Of a DNA stretch of 64,000 nt, positions 38,904 to 48,937 are shown one piece after another. This DNA is from Squalus acanthias. Lineage: Eukaryota. Within the stretch, counting starts at the first letter, position 1, and each line of letters starts with the position of its first letter. Both the position numbers and the translations under genes were made by a program. The stretch is from assembly GCA_030390025.1 (NCBI GenBank), contig JASTWF010000034.1:310001-374000 (forward strand), given 5' to 3'. The notes beneath the pieces are model-generated. The model ran no database searches. It was not told where the DNA came from and saw nothing but the letters and a program-made list of their open reading frames with translations.

Positions 38904-39701
38904 TTAACGGAAACTTTACATTAACATTCGATAAAACCCCCAAGTGGCTACGCTTGTGAATTATACTTGTGTAGAAAGGACTGATACTTTGATGTTTTTA
39001 GCAATAACATGTATAAGTATAAGTGTGAGTGTAGAATAGTGAAATTCACATTACCCAAATATCTACATTCTGTGTGTCCTGTAATGACTTGTGCATAAAT
39101 TGCTAAGGCTTGCTCCAAATGTAACTGCAAAGACAGTCAGGACTAGTCAAGACTGGCTCTGATAACGGACAGTATCGCAGCTTACGCAGCGTATGAGGCC
39201 TTGTACTGCCTGTACCAGGGAAGCTAGAAATGAGAGAGATAAGGTCAATTCCAATGGGGTGAAGAACTATAAACAAGATAACGATGAACAGGGTAAAGTT
39301 GTAGGAAAAATACTGGAAAGGCGGGGCCAAGATACTAAACTTAGTCTGAGTGACAATGGTGTTTTGATCATTAGAACCTATTAAAATAGGTGATTTTGTT
39401 AAAGACCATATTTGGACAATACCCGCATGAACTTTTGATAAGATATGGGTTAAAACCTTGATACTCGAAAAACAACTTTACACAGACCCACTGCAAGAAC
39501 AAAGGAACAGACTGAAGATGACGTCACTTGTGTCCGAGAGGTTCCACAGTCCAAGGGCTGCGAGCGACTCGTTAAACTATCGCCTGCTCTTCAGTCTATT
39601 ACGCTGTAAGCTTAATAAATCTTGATCTATTGCTCAAATATACCGGCTGCTGCCTATTTGTGTCTTGTCCAAGAACTCTGAGAGATCATAAAGATCTTAC
39701 A
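38904..39701 (+). mobile_element. Probable LTR remnant lacking its 5' end
   Basis: AATAAA near 39615 followed ~80 bp later by ...ATCTTACA terminus; no TG start or TSD visible. Confidence 0.4.
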
Positions 39702-39724
39702 TTGTGTGTCATCTTTTTCTTCTG

Positions 39725-41566
39725 CATGCATCTACGAGGAGCTAGCCGTGTGGCTTCAGCAGAGGTAGAGGCAGCCTGCTCACTTCCCTGCTGCCAAGGA
39801 GGTGTAGAGCACCTTGCTGCACAGCAGTGAGGCCATGAGGACCCACGTCTATGCTGACATCCCTGTTAGAGAGGAGATCTATGAGCCTCTGCCATCTATT
39901 CTCTATAAATAGCCATCTATCCCGCATAAAGACCATGTGTTCCTCCGAGTGGAGCATTAGCTGCTCCATGTAGCTGTCCATCCTATCCACGGAGAAGCCT
40001 ACAGTCACCATCGCCTGTGACATGGTGGTGGTCATGTTGGAGATGGATTCCTCCATTCTCTGAACATTTGCAGACATCGCGCTCGCAAAACCTGTCAGAA
40101 CCCCCTGCAATTCTTGCTGCACCTCCAGGGTCGCCCTCTTTCTGGATGGCCCCCGAGGCTCAGCGTCTGCATGCAGCTGAGCGGAGCTGGGAGTCTCCTG
40201 CACCCTCTGGCAAGGAGTCTCCACTGCTCTGCCTCTCTCCACCATCTGCTTTTGCACACTTGTGAGTTGTGAGACACCAGTTGACAACACTACTCGATCT
40301 ATATCTTGTGATGGTGCACCCTCAGCGGCTGAAGGCTCCTTTGAGGAGTAATCTTCCTCTTCCTCCTGGACATTGGAGTGGGGAACTCTTAATGGACCTG
40401 TGGGAGAGTGAAGATATGAGTTAGATATGTCATATGAAGAATGGGTACAGATACCATTAGGCACATGATGACCATTCAGTGAAATCAGTGCCCATTTGAG
40501 TGATGGATGTATGCCATGTTGCTGTATGATATGTAATTCTGTCACCAGGTTGCTGAGATGTCCCCCTCGCTCCATCTCCCACCTCCAGCTGCTCGGCGAC
40601 TCCAGACATTTCTAAAGCAGCCTCCTCTGCTATTGTAAGGTTTGCAAATGATGGAGTGCCACCGCCGGTTCACCCCTTCTCCCTGTTATTGTGGGCTCTC
40701 TTTTCCTGCAAGGAGGGAAAAAAGAGAAGTTCGAGTGAGGCTGATGGAATGAATGTAAGGACTGGATCGGTTGGATATTTAGAGGGTGACTATGATGGAG
40801 TGGGGTGCCAAATACAAGTGGCCTCCTTGCGTGTTGTTAGTTGGTATGATTGCACAAGGGTGAGTTTGAGTGTGAGGGGTGGCTATTGAGATGGGGATGT
40901 GATAATGTAAATAGAAAGAGAGGGACGGGTGGACGTGCAAGGTATGTTGGTGTGAGTAAGAATGTGCAGGGGTAGAGTTGGGAAGGCAGAGTGATGGGGG
41001 TGTAATGAGAAGCATAGCAAGATGAAGGTGAGTGTGGCTTTGTACTCACGTTTCGTGATCTAATGAGATCATTGAAACGTTTGCGGCACTGCACCCAGGT
41101 CTTCCTGACAACATCCCTGCTGGTGACCCCCTCTGCAATCTCCAACCAGGCTGTTTTGGTGTCATGGGGAGGTCACATCCGTCCATTGGAAGAGAAGCGG
41201 ACCACCCTGCATACTTTGACTCCCTTCATAAGCATATGGAGGGAGCCATCAGATAACCTGGGTGCAGCACTCTGCCTCTGTGCAGTCATTGTCAGTGTTT
41301 GCAGCACTCCAATGCTGTAGTGCACTGACAGCAGTATGTTACATTGACATTCAAGTCCAATGTGGCCATGGCCCCTTAAAGATCCCGGCTGAAAACGCTT
41401 AATCAACGATGTCAACAGTCCAGACCCGCATCATTTAATTGGACCGGGTAACACGCTGGGTGGGCTCAATAGGTCCGACTAACGTACAGTCATTTTCAGC
41501 AGCGGGCTGACGACCCGCCATTGCCACCGCCCGCACCGGACCTGCCAGGTAGGCACAATTCCAGCC
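39725..41566 (-). mobile_element. Harbinger fragment carrying a decayed spliced Myb/SANT-like gene
   Basis: APRLSD...WLEIAEGVTSRDVVRKTWVQCRKRFNDL, donor near 41049, next exon EKRAHN..*TGGG from ~40706, third exon from ~40397; terminal-like GGCTGGAATT near 41556-41565. Confidence 0.75.
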
Positions 41567-41754
41567 GTGTTTTTACGGCCTTGTGGAGTCCATGATCCAT
41601 ATGTATTTTCAGTGTGAGAGGTTTCAGCCTCTGTATCATCACCTGAAGTGGCCGGTGGGCACCGTAGCTCAGTGAGGTGATAATCGATCCTCACTGTCAC
41701 ATTGTGATTTTATTATTGTTTTTGTGTGTGGCTGTATTGTACATACTTATTACA

Positions 41755-41857
41755 GGAATAACAACAGAACATGTTGGAAACACTCAGCAGGTCAGGCAGC
41801 ATCGAGGAGAGAGAAACAGAGTCAACGTTTCGGGTCCAGGGCCCTTCGTCAGAACTG
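41755..41857 (-). mobile_element. Penelope-like pLTR remnant
   Basis: Matches 4988-5125 family and contains a hammerhead motif. Confidence 0.6.
41820..41856 (-). ncRNA. Minimal type I hammerhead ribozyme motif
   Basis: AGUU-CUGACGA-A-GGGCCCUGGACCC-GAAACGUU-GACU: core boxes, stem I, stem II and palindromic stem III. Confidence 0.6.
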
Positions 41858-42074
41858 TTACTGGATATTTGTGGTGTGATGGGACACTTGGCTTATTGGT
41901 TTATGTCCACGTCTAGTGAAAATGGGGCAACTTAATGTCACCCCGCTACAAGTAGTGAACAATGGCCCAATCTGAAAATGTGAATGATCTCTTCACCAAT
42001 TGGAAGTTTCAATGGCGGTGTGTTTACCCAGGATCCCCTGCGCGACAAAAAGTGCCCTATCAATGACTGCAGGA

Positions 42075-42515
42075 TTAGACTGCGCAGGCGCGGGACCGGG
42101 GCGTGCTCTGAGCATGTGCAGTACGCATGGTGACGTCAAGAGTAATGACGGACAACAATAAAAGCTTCGGGCCGAGAGAAACAGGTCATTTTCTGTTGTA
42201 CTAATGGCCGAAAAGGCGGGTCGAGAGGCGGGAAGACATTGTGGGGGCTGGGAAGCTTCAAAACCACCGGACGCAGGGCTCAGACCCCGAATAAGACGCC
42301 GCGGGTGCCGTGTTTGCGCCGCGGCGCCAGTCCCGGCCGCCGGGTTGAGCGGGTGACTTCCCGCCCGTTTCAGAGAGGATTTCTCCGCGGCGAGAGCCCC
42401 GGTTACCCCGGCAACCGGCCGCCATCTTGGTGAAGGAAGGCGGGACTTGTCCCCGCGCCGCCATCTTGGACAGGGCGGGATCAGTGCGCATGCGCCGCCC
42501 ACTCCCAGAGCAGGT
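42075..42515 (+). promoter_or_regulatory. CpG-island promoter upstream of the zinc-finger exon
   Basis: NRF1-type TGCGCAGGCGC (~42081) and TGCGCATGCGC (~42485), CRE TGACGTCA (42131), two YY1-type GCCGCCATCTTGG (~42418, ~42457), ETS-like ACTTCC. Confidence 0.7.
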
Positions 42516-42534
42516 GCAGCAGAAGCTGTTTTTT

Positions 42535-43055
42535 ATATTCGTTTCTGCGATGAGGGCGTCGCTGGCAAGGCCAGAATTTATTACCCATCCCTAATTGCCC
42601 TTGAGAAGGTGGTGGTGAGCTGCCTTCTTAAACCGCTGCAGTCCGTGTGGTGAAGGTACTCCCACATTGCTGTTAGATAGGGAGTTCCTGGATTTTGACC
42701 CAGCGATGATGAAGGATTGACGATATACTTCGAAGTCAGGGTGGTGTGTGACTTGGAGGGGAACTTTGAGGTGGTGATGTTCCCATGAGCTTTCTGCCCT
42801 TGTTCTTCTATGTAGAAGAGTTCGCGGGTTTGGGAGGTGCTACCGATCACGACCTGGCGAGTTGCTGCAGTGCATCTTGTAGATGGTACGCACTGCAGCC
42901 ACGGTGCGCCGGTGGTGGAGGGAGTGAATGTTTCATGTGGTGGATGGGATGTCAATCAAGCGGGCTGATTTGTCCTGGATGGCGTCGAGCTTCTTGAGTG
43001 TTGTTGGAGCTGTACTCATCCAGGCAAGTGGAGAGTATTCCATCACACTCCTCGC
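42535..43055 (-). mobile_element. LINE 3' fragment (same family as 22262-23938)
   Basis: RSVMEYSPLAWMS..PTTLKKLDAIQDK and shared 3' tail. Confidence 0.8.
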
Positions 43056-43285
43056 ACACAGGGGCTGCAGAACTGGAGAGCAGAGGGAGGGAGAGAATGG
43101 GAGAGGGCAAAAATATGGTGCAATGGGCAAGGATTTCAGCACAGGGAGAGGGAGAGTGTGTGGGACAGGAATTTACAGCTTTTGGGGGAAACAAGAGAGG
43201 AAAGATTGTTCCATAGAAAGTAGAATTGTCTGTTCTGAATTTATGTCCTGTACTTAGTGATGATTTTTGTAATCTCCTTTTTCAG

Positions 43286-43982
43286 GGTATCAGAAGGGGA
43301 GGATTTGCAGACAAGAAACTCAAAACAAACATCACGCCAAGATCTGAGAGTCACTCGATTCATCAGGACCTGAATATCATCGGCCTTTGAATGTGGAAGG
43401 AGAAATCTTTCTCTGTGCTTTTGTTTGGGAAAGGATTTTACACATCACGCGACTGGGAAAGCACTGAGACCCATTCACACTTGAGCGAGAGTGTTCCAGT
43501 GCACTGACTGTGGAGAGAGCTGTAACCAGTTACACAGCCTGAAAAAACTTCGCACCATTCACAGCGGGGAGAAACCGTACACGTGTTCTGTGTGTGGACG
43601 AGGCTTCAACCGATCGTCCAACCTGGAGAGACAGATGGACCATGGAGAAACCGTGGGAATGTGGGCACTGAGGGAAGGGATTCAATTATCCGTCTCAGAT
43701 GCAAATTCATCGGTGCAGTCATACTGGGGAAAGACTGTTGACCCGCTCTGTATGTGGGAAGGGATTCAGTCGTTCACCCATCCTGCTGAAACACCAGCGA
43801 GTTCACACTGACGAGAGACCGTTCAGTTGCTTTCACTGTGGGAAGAGATTCACTTATCCCACCTCATTGAACACCAGCATGTTCACACTGGAGAGAATCC
43901 GTTCACCTGCTCCATGTGTGCGAGGGGATTCACAAGGTCATCCAGTCTGCGGAAACACCAGCGAATTCACTCAGAAAGCTGA
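43286..43982 (+). pseudogene. C2H2 zinc-finger array exon, disrupted
   Basis: Acceptor CTCCTTTTTTCAG ends 43285; ~6 fingers with HSGEKPY/HTGER/HTDERPF linkers split over frames, in-frame stop near 43668 and lost Cys/His residues. Confidence 0.85.
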
Positions 43983-44337
43983 CATTTTAAAAGTTCTTGT
44001 AAGTATTGTTATTCATAGATTATTAAATATAATACACTGGTTGACATATGGAATTATATCAATATTAAGCTGGAATAACCAGGGATTAAGTAGGTTAGAA
44101 TACACTCCAGAAAGACGTACATCTGCTGCCGAGCATGGTTGAGTGTGAAGATTGAATTTAATGCCAGCAGGGTGTCTAGAGGACTGCTGGGGAGTGTGGC
44201 CAGAGAATCAGTCCCTTTTGTAAAGGACATTGGAAGCTGTGAGGGTTTGAAGGTTACAGAAGCAGGTAATTAACACTCCTGTGTGGGAGAGTAAAGAACA
44301 AACTAATAGAGATTAATGGACAAGCACAACGAATGAT

Positions 44338-44930
44338 AACAGCTCACCTCCCCACTAAACCAGCAGCTCACCTCCCCACTAAACCAGCAGCTCACCTCCC
44401 CACTAAACCAACAGCTCACCTCCCCACTAACCAACAGCTCACTGGCCCACTAAACCAGCAGCTAACCTCCCCACTAAACCAGCAGCTCACTGGCACACTA
44501 AACCAGCAGCTCACCTCCCCACTAAACCAGCAGCTCACCTCCCCACTAAACCAGCAGCTCACCTCCCCACTAAACCAGCAGCACACCTCCCCACTAAACC
44601 AGCAGCTCACTGGCGCACTAAAACAGCAGCTCACCTCCCCACTAAACTGGCAGCTCACCTCCCCACTAAACCAGCAGCTCACCTCCCCACTAAACCAGCA
44701 GCTCACTGGCCCACTAAACCAGCAGCTCACTGGACCACTAAACCAGCAGCTCACCTCCCCACTAAACCAGCAGCTCAAGGGCCCACTAAACCAGCAGCTC
44801 ACCTCCCCACTAAACCAGCAGCTCACTGGCCCACTAAACCAGCAGCTCACCTCCCCACTAAACCAGCAGCTCACTGGCGCACTAAACCAGCAGCTCACTC
44901 CCCACTACATATGCAGCTCGCCTCCCCACT
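44338..44930. repeat. 24-bp minisatellite, ~25 copies
   Basis: CAGCTCACCTCCCCACTAAACCAG with variant CAGCTCACTGGCCCACTAAACCAG. Confidence 0.92.
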
Positions 44931-44937
44931 GAATGAT

Positions 44938-46113
44938 AGTGTTACAGTGAGAGGTGTGGTGTATATCAGTGTGTTACAGTGAGGGGTGTGGAGTATATCA
45001 GTTTAACAGTGAGGGGTGTGGGGTATATCAGTGTTACAGTGAGGGATGTGGGGTATATCAGTGTTACAGTGAGGGGTGTGGGGTATATCAGTGTTACAGT
45101 GAGGGGTGTGGGGTATATCCGTGTTACAGTTAGGGGTGTGGGGTATATCAGTGTTACAGTGAGGGGTGTGGGGTATATCAGTATGTTACAGTGAGTGGTG
45201 TGGAGTATTTCAGTGTTACAGTGAGGCGTGTGGGGCATATCAGTGTTACAGTGAGGGGTGTGGGGCATATCAGTGTTACAGTGAGGGGAGTGGGGTATTT
45301 CAGTGTTACAGTGAGGGGTGTGGGGTATATCAGTGTTACAGTGAGGGGTGTGGGGTATATCCGTGTTACAGTTAGGGGTGTGAGGTATATCAGTGTTACA
45401 GTGAGGGGTGTGGAGTATATCAGTGTTACAGTGAGGGGTGTGGGGTATATCAGTGTTACAGTGAGGGGTGTGGGGTATATCAGTGTTACAGTGAGGGGTG
45501 TGGGGTATATCAGTGTTACAGTGAGGGGTGTGGGGTATATCAGTGTTACAGTGAGGAGTGTGAGGTATATCAGTATTACAGTTAGGGGTGTGGAGTATAT
45601 CAGTGTTACAGTGAGGGGTGTGGGGTATATCAGTATTACAGTGAGGGGTGTGGGGTATATCAGTGTGTTACAGTGAGGGGTGTGGGATATATCAGTGTTA
45701 CAGTGAGGGGTGTGGGGTATATCAGTGTTACAGTGAGGGGTGTGGGGTATATCAGTGTTACAGTGAGGGGTGTGAAGTATTGCAGTGTTACAGTGAGAGG
45801 TGTGGGGTATATCAGTGTTACAGTGAGGGGTGTGGGGTATATCAGTGTTACAGTGAGGGGTGTGGGGTATATCAGTGTTACAGTGAGGGGTGTGAGGTAT
45901 ATCAGTGTTACAGTGAGGGGTGTGGGGTATATCAGTGTTACAGTGAGGGGTGTGAGGTATTGCAGTGTTACAGTGAGAGGTGTGGGGTATATCAGTGTTA
46001 CAGTGAGGGGTGTGGGGTATATCAGTGTTACAGTGAGGGGTGTGGGGTATATCAGTGTTACAGTGAGGGGTGTGGGGTATATCAGTGTTACAGTGAGGGG
46101 TGTGGGGTATATC
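44938..46113. repeat. 30-bp G-rich minisatellite, ~39 copies
   Basis: GTGTTACAGTGAGGGGTGTGGGGTATATCA. Confidence 0.92.
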
Positions 46114-47782
46114 AAAAGGGGATTGGATAAGTGGGACTTGCTGAAGTGCTCTTGCAGAGAGCCGGCACGGGCTCGACGGGCTGTAAGGCCTCCTTCTGTG
46201 CTGTAACGATTCTATGAATCGAAAGAGCCAGAGATGTACAACAACAACTTGTATTTAAATAGCACCTTTAACGTAGTAAAACGTCCCAAGGCGCTTCACA
46301 GGAGTATTTTAAGACAAACAATTTTGACATTGAGCCACATTAAGATAAATTCGGACAGGTGACCAAAAGCTTGGTCAAGGTTTTAATGAGTGTCTTCAAG
46401 GAGGAAAGAGAGGTAGCGAGGTGGAGAGGTTTAGGCTGGGAATTCCAGAGCTTAGGGCCTAGGCAACAGAAGGCACGGCCACCAAATGTTGAGCGATTAT
46501 AATCAGGGATGCTCAAGAGGGCAGAATTAGAGGAGCGCAGATATCTCGGGGGGTTGTGGGGCTGAAGGAGATTAGAGATAGGAAGGGGCGAGGCCATGGA
46601 GGGATTTGAAAACAAGGATGAGAATTTTGAAATCGAGGCGCTGCTTAACCGGCGGCCAGTGTAGGTCAGTGACCACAGGGGAACATAGAACATAGAACAG
46701 TACAGCACAGTACAGGCCCTTCGGCCCTCGATGTTGTGCCGAGTATTGTCCGAAACCAAGATCAAGCTATCCCACTCCCAATCATTCTGGTGTGCTCCAT
46801 GTGCTTATACAATATCCGCTTGAAACTTTCTAAAGTGTCCGACTCCACTATCACAGCAGGCAGTCCATTCACACCCCAACCACTCTCTGAGTAAAGAATC
46901 TACCTCGGACATCCCTTCTATATCTCCCCCCATGCACCTTTTTGTTATGTCCCCTTGTAACAGTTACATCCACCCGAGGAAATAGTCTCTGAACATCCAC
47001 TCTATCTATCCCCCTCATCATCTTATAAACCTCTATTAAGTCGCCTCTCATCCTCCTCCGCTCTAAAGAGAAAAGCCCTAGCTCCCTCAATCTTTCCTCA
47101 TAAGACCTCCCCCCCCAAACCAGGCAGCATCCTGGCAAATCTCCTTTGCACTCTATCCAATGCTTCCACGTCCTTCCTATAGTGAGGTGAGCAGAACTGC
47201 ACACAATATTCCAAATGTGTTCTCACCAATGTCCTGTACAGTTGCAGCATAACCTCACGGTTATTAAACTCAAACCCCTTGTTAATAAACGCTAACACAC
47301 TATAGGCCTTCTTTACTGCTCTATCCACTTGAGTGGCAACCTTCAGAGATCTGTGGATATGAACCCCCAGATCCCTCTGTTACTCCACGTTCCTCAGAAC
47401 CCTGCCATTGACCCTGTAATCTTTATTCAAATTTGCCCTACCAAAATGAATCACCTCGCACTTATCAGGGTTAAATTCCATCTGCCATTTTTCGGCCCAG
47501 CTCTGCATCCTATCAATGTCTCTTTGCAGCCTGCAATAGCCCTCCAGCTCATCCACTACTCCACCAATCTTGGTGTCATCAGCAAATTTACTGATCCACC
47601 CCTCCTCCAAGTCATTGATAAAAATCACAAACAGCAGAGGACCTAGCACCGACCCGTGGCACACCGCTGGTAACTGGTCTCCAGTCCGAAAATTTTCCAT
47701 CCACCACCACCCTCTGCCTTCTATGAGATAAAATTGAGAGGTCGCACAACACCAGGTTATAGTCCAACAGTTTTATTTGAAA

Positions 47783-47825
47783 TCACAAGCTTTCGGAGCT
47801 ATCGATTGCTCCTTCCTCAGGTGAA
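47783..47825 (-). ncRNA. Minimal type I hammerhead ribozyme motif (left arm)
   Basis: Reverse complement of the motif at 48896-48937. Confidence 0.7.
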
Positions 47826-48895
47826 GTAAATTAGATACAGAATCGCCAAAGCATATATAGATAGAGAACAAAGCATGTGTACCTTACAATTGCAGACCAC
47901 TAAATTAAATCATCCTGACTATCTGCCGAGGTGTGATAAAGTTAATCAAGTCAGCCAGGAAGGTACCACATCAAAGACATAGCAAGATACAACTGAGACA
48001 ATGAGGTGTAGTCGCAGGGGTTCTAACGTGTCAAAAGCTGCCGTCTGTATGTAAAACGAAAAGCTTTAAAAAAATTTACTTTTTTACTGGGAAAATTTTT
48101 ACTTTTTTACTGGGAATCACATCTGTGAACAAGCCAACGACGACTCGAGTCCGGATCACGTCATGTATCGTGACATAAACCCAAGATCCCGGTTGAGCCC
48201 GTCTTCATGAGTGCGGAACTTGGCTATCAGTTTCTGCTCGATGATTTTGCGTTGTCGTGTGTTTCTAAGGTTGCCTTGGAGAACGCTTACCCGCAGATCC
48301 GAGGCTGAATGTCCTTGACTGCTGAAGTGTTCCCCGACTGGGAGGTAACAATCCTGCCTGGCGATTGTTGCGCGGTGCTCGTTCATACGTTGTCTCAGTG
48401 TCTGCATGGTCTCGCCGATGTACCATGCCGCGGTGCATTCTTTCCTGCAACCTTAGAAACACACGGCAACGCAAAATCATCGAGCAGAAACTGATAGCCA
48501 AGTTCCGCACTCATGAAGACGGGCTCAACCGGGATCTTGGGTTTATGTCACGATACATGACGTGATCCGGACTCGAGTCGTCGTTGGCTTGTTCACAGAT
48601 GTGATTCCCAGTAAAAAAGTAAAAATTTTCACAGTAAAAAAGTAAAAATTTTAAAGCTTTTCGTTTTACATACAGACGGCAGCTTTTGACACGTTAGAAC
48701 CCCTGCGACTACACCTCATTGTCTCAGTTGTATCTTGCTATGTCTTTGATGTGGTACCTTCCTGGCTGACTTGATTAACTTTATCACACCTCGGCAGATA
48801 GTCAGGATGATTTAATTTAGTGGTCTGCAATTGTAAGGTACACATGCTTTGTTCTCTATCTATATATGCTTTGGCGATTCTGTATCTAATTTACT

Positions 48896-48937
48896 TCACC
48901 TGAGGAAGGAGCAATCGATAGCTCCGAAAGCTTGTGA
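48896..48937 (+). ncRNA. Minimal type I hammerhead ribozyme motif (right arm)
   Basis: UCAC-CUGAGGA-A-GGAGC-AAUCGAUA-GCUCC-GAAAGCUU-GUGA. Confidence 0.7.

Noticed and set aside
39742..40575. 277-aa ORF as a standalone gene
   Set aside because: Intron plus last exon of the decayed Harbinger Myb/SANT-like gene, whose earlier exons have stops
5352..41566. The two Harbinger pieces as halves of one split element
   Set aside because: Both contain what looks like the same second-ORF segment (MARSVEES versus VQRMEES) and are not similar at DNA level, so separate copies
44333..46206. Repetitive ORFs (NQQLTSPL, VTVRGVGYIS)
   Set aside because: Minisatellite units divisible by three; open on both strands
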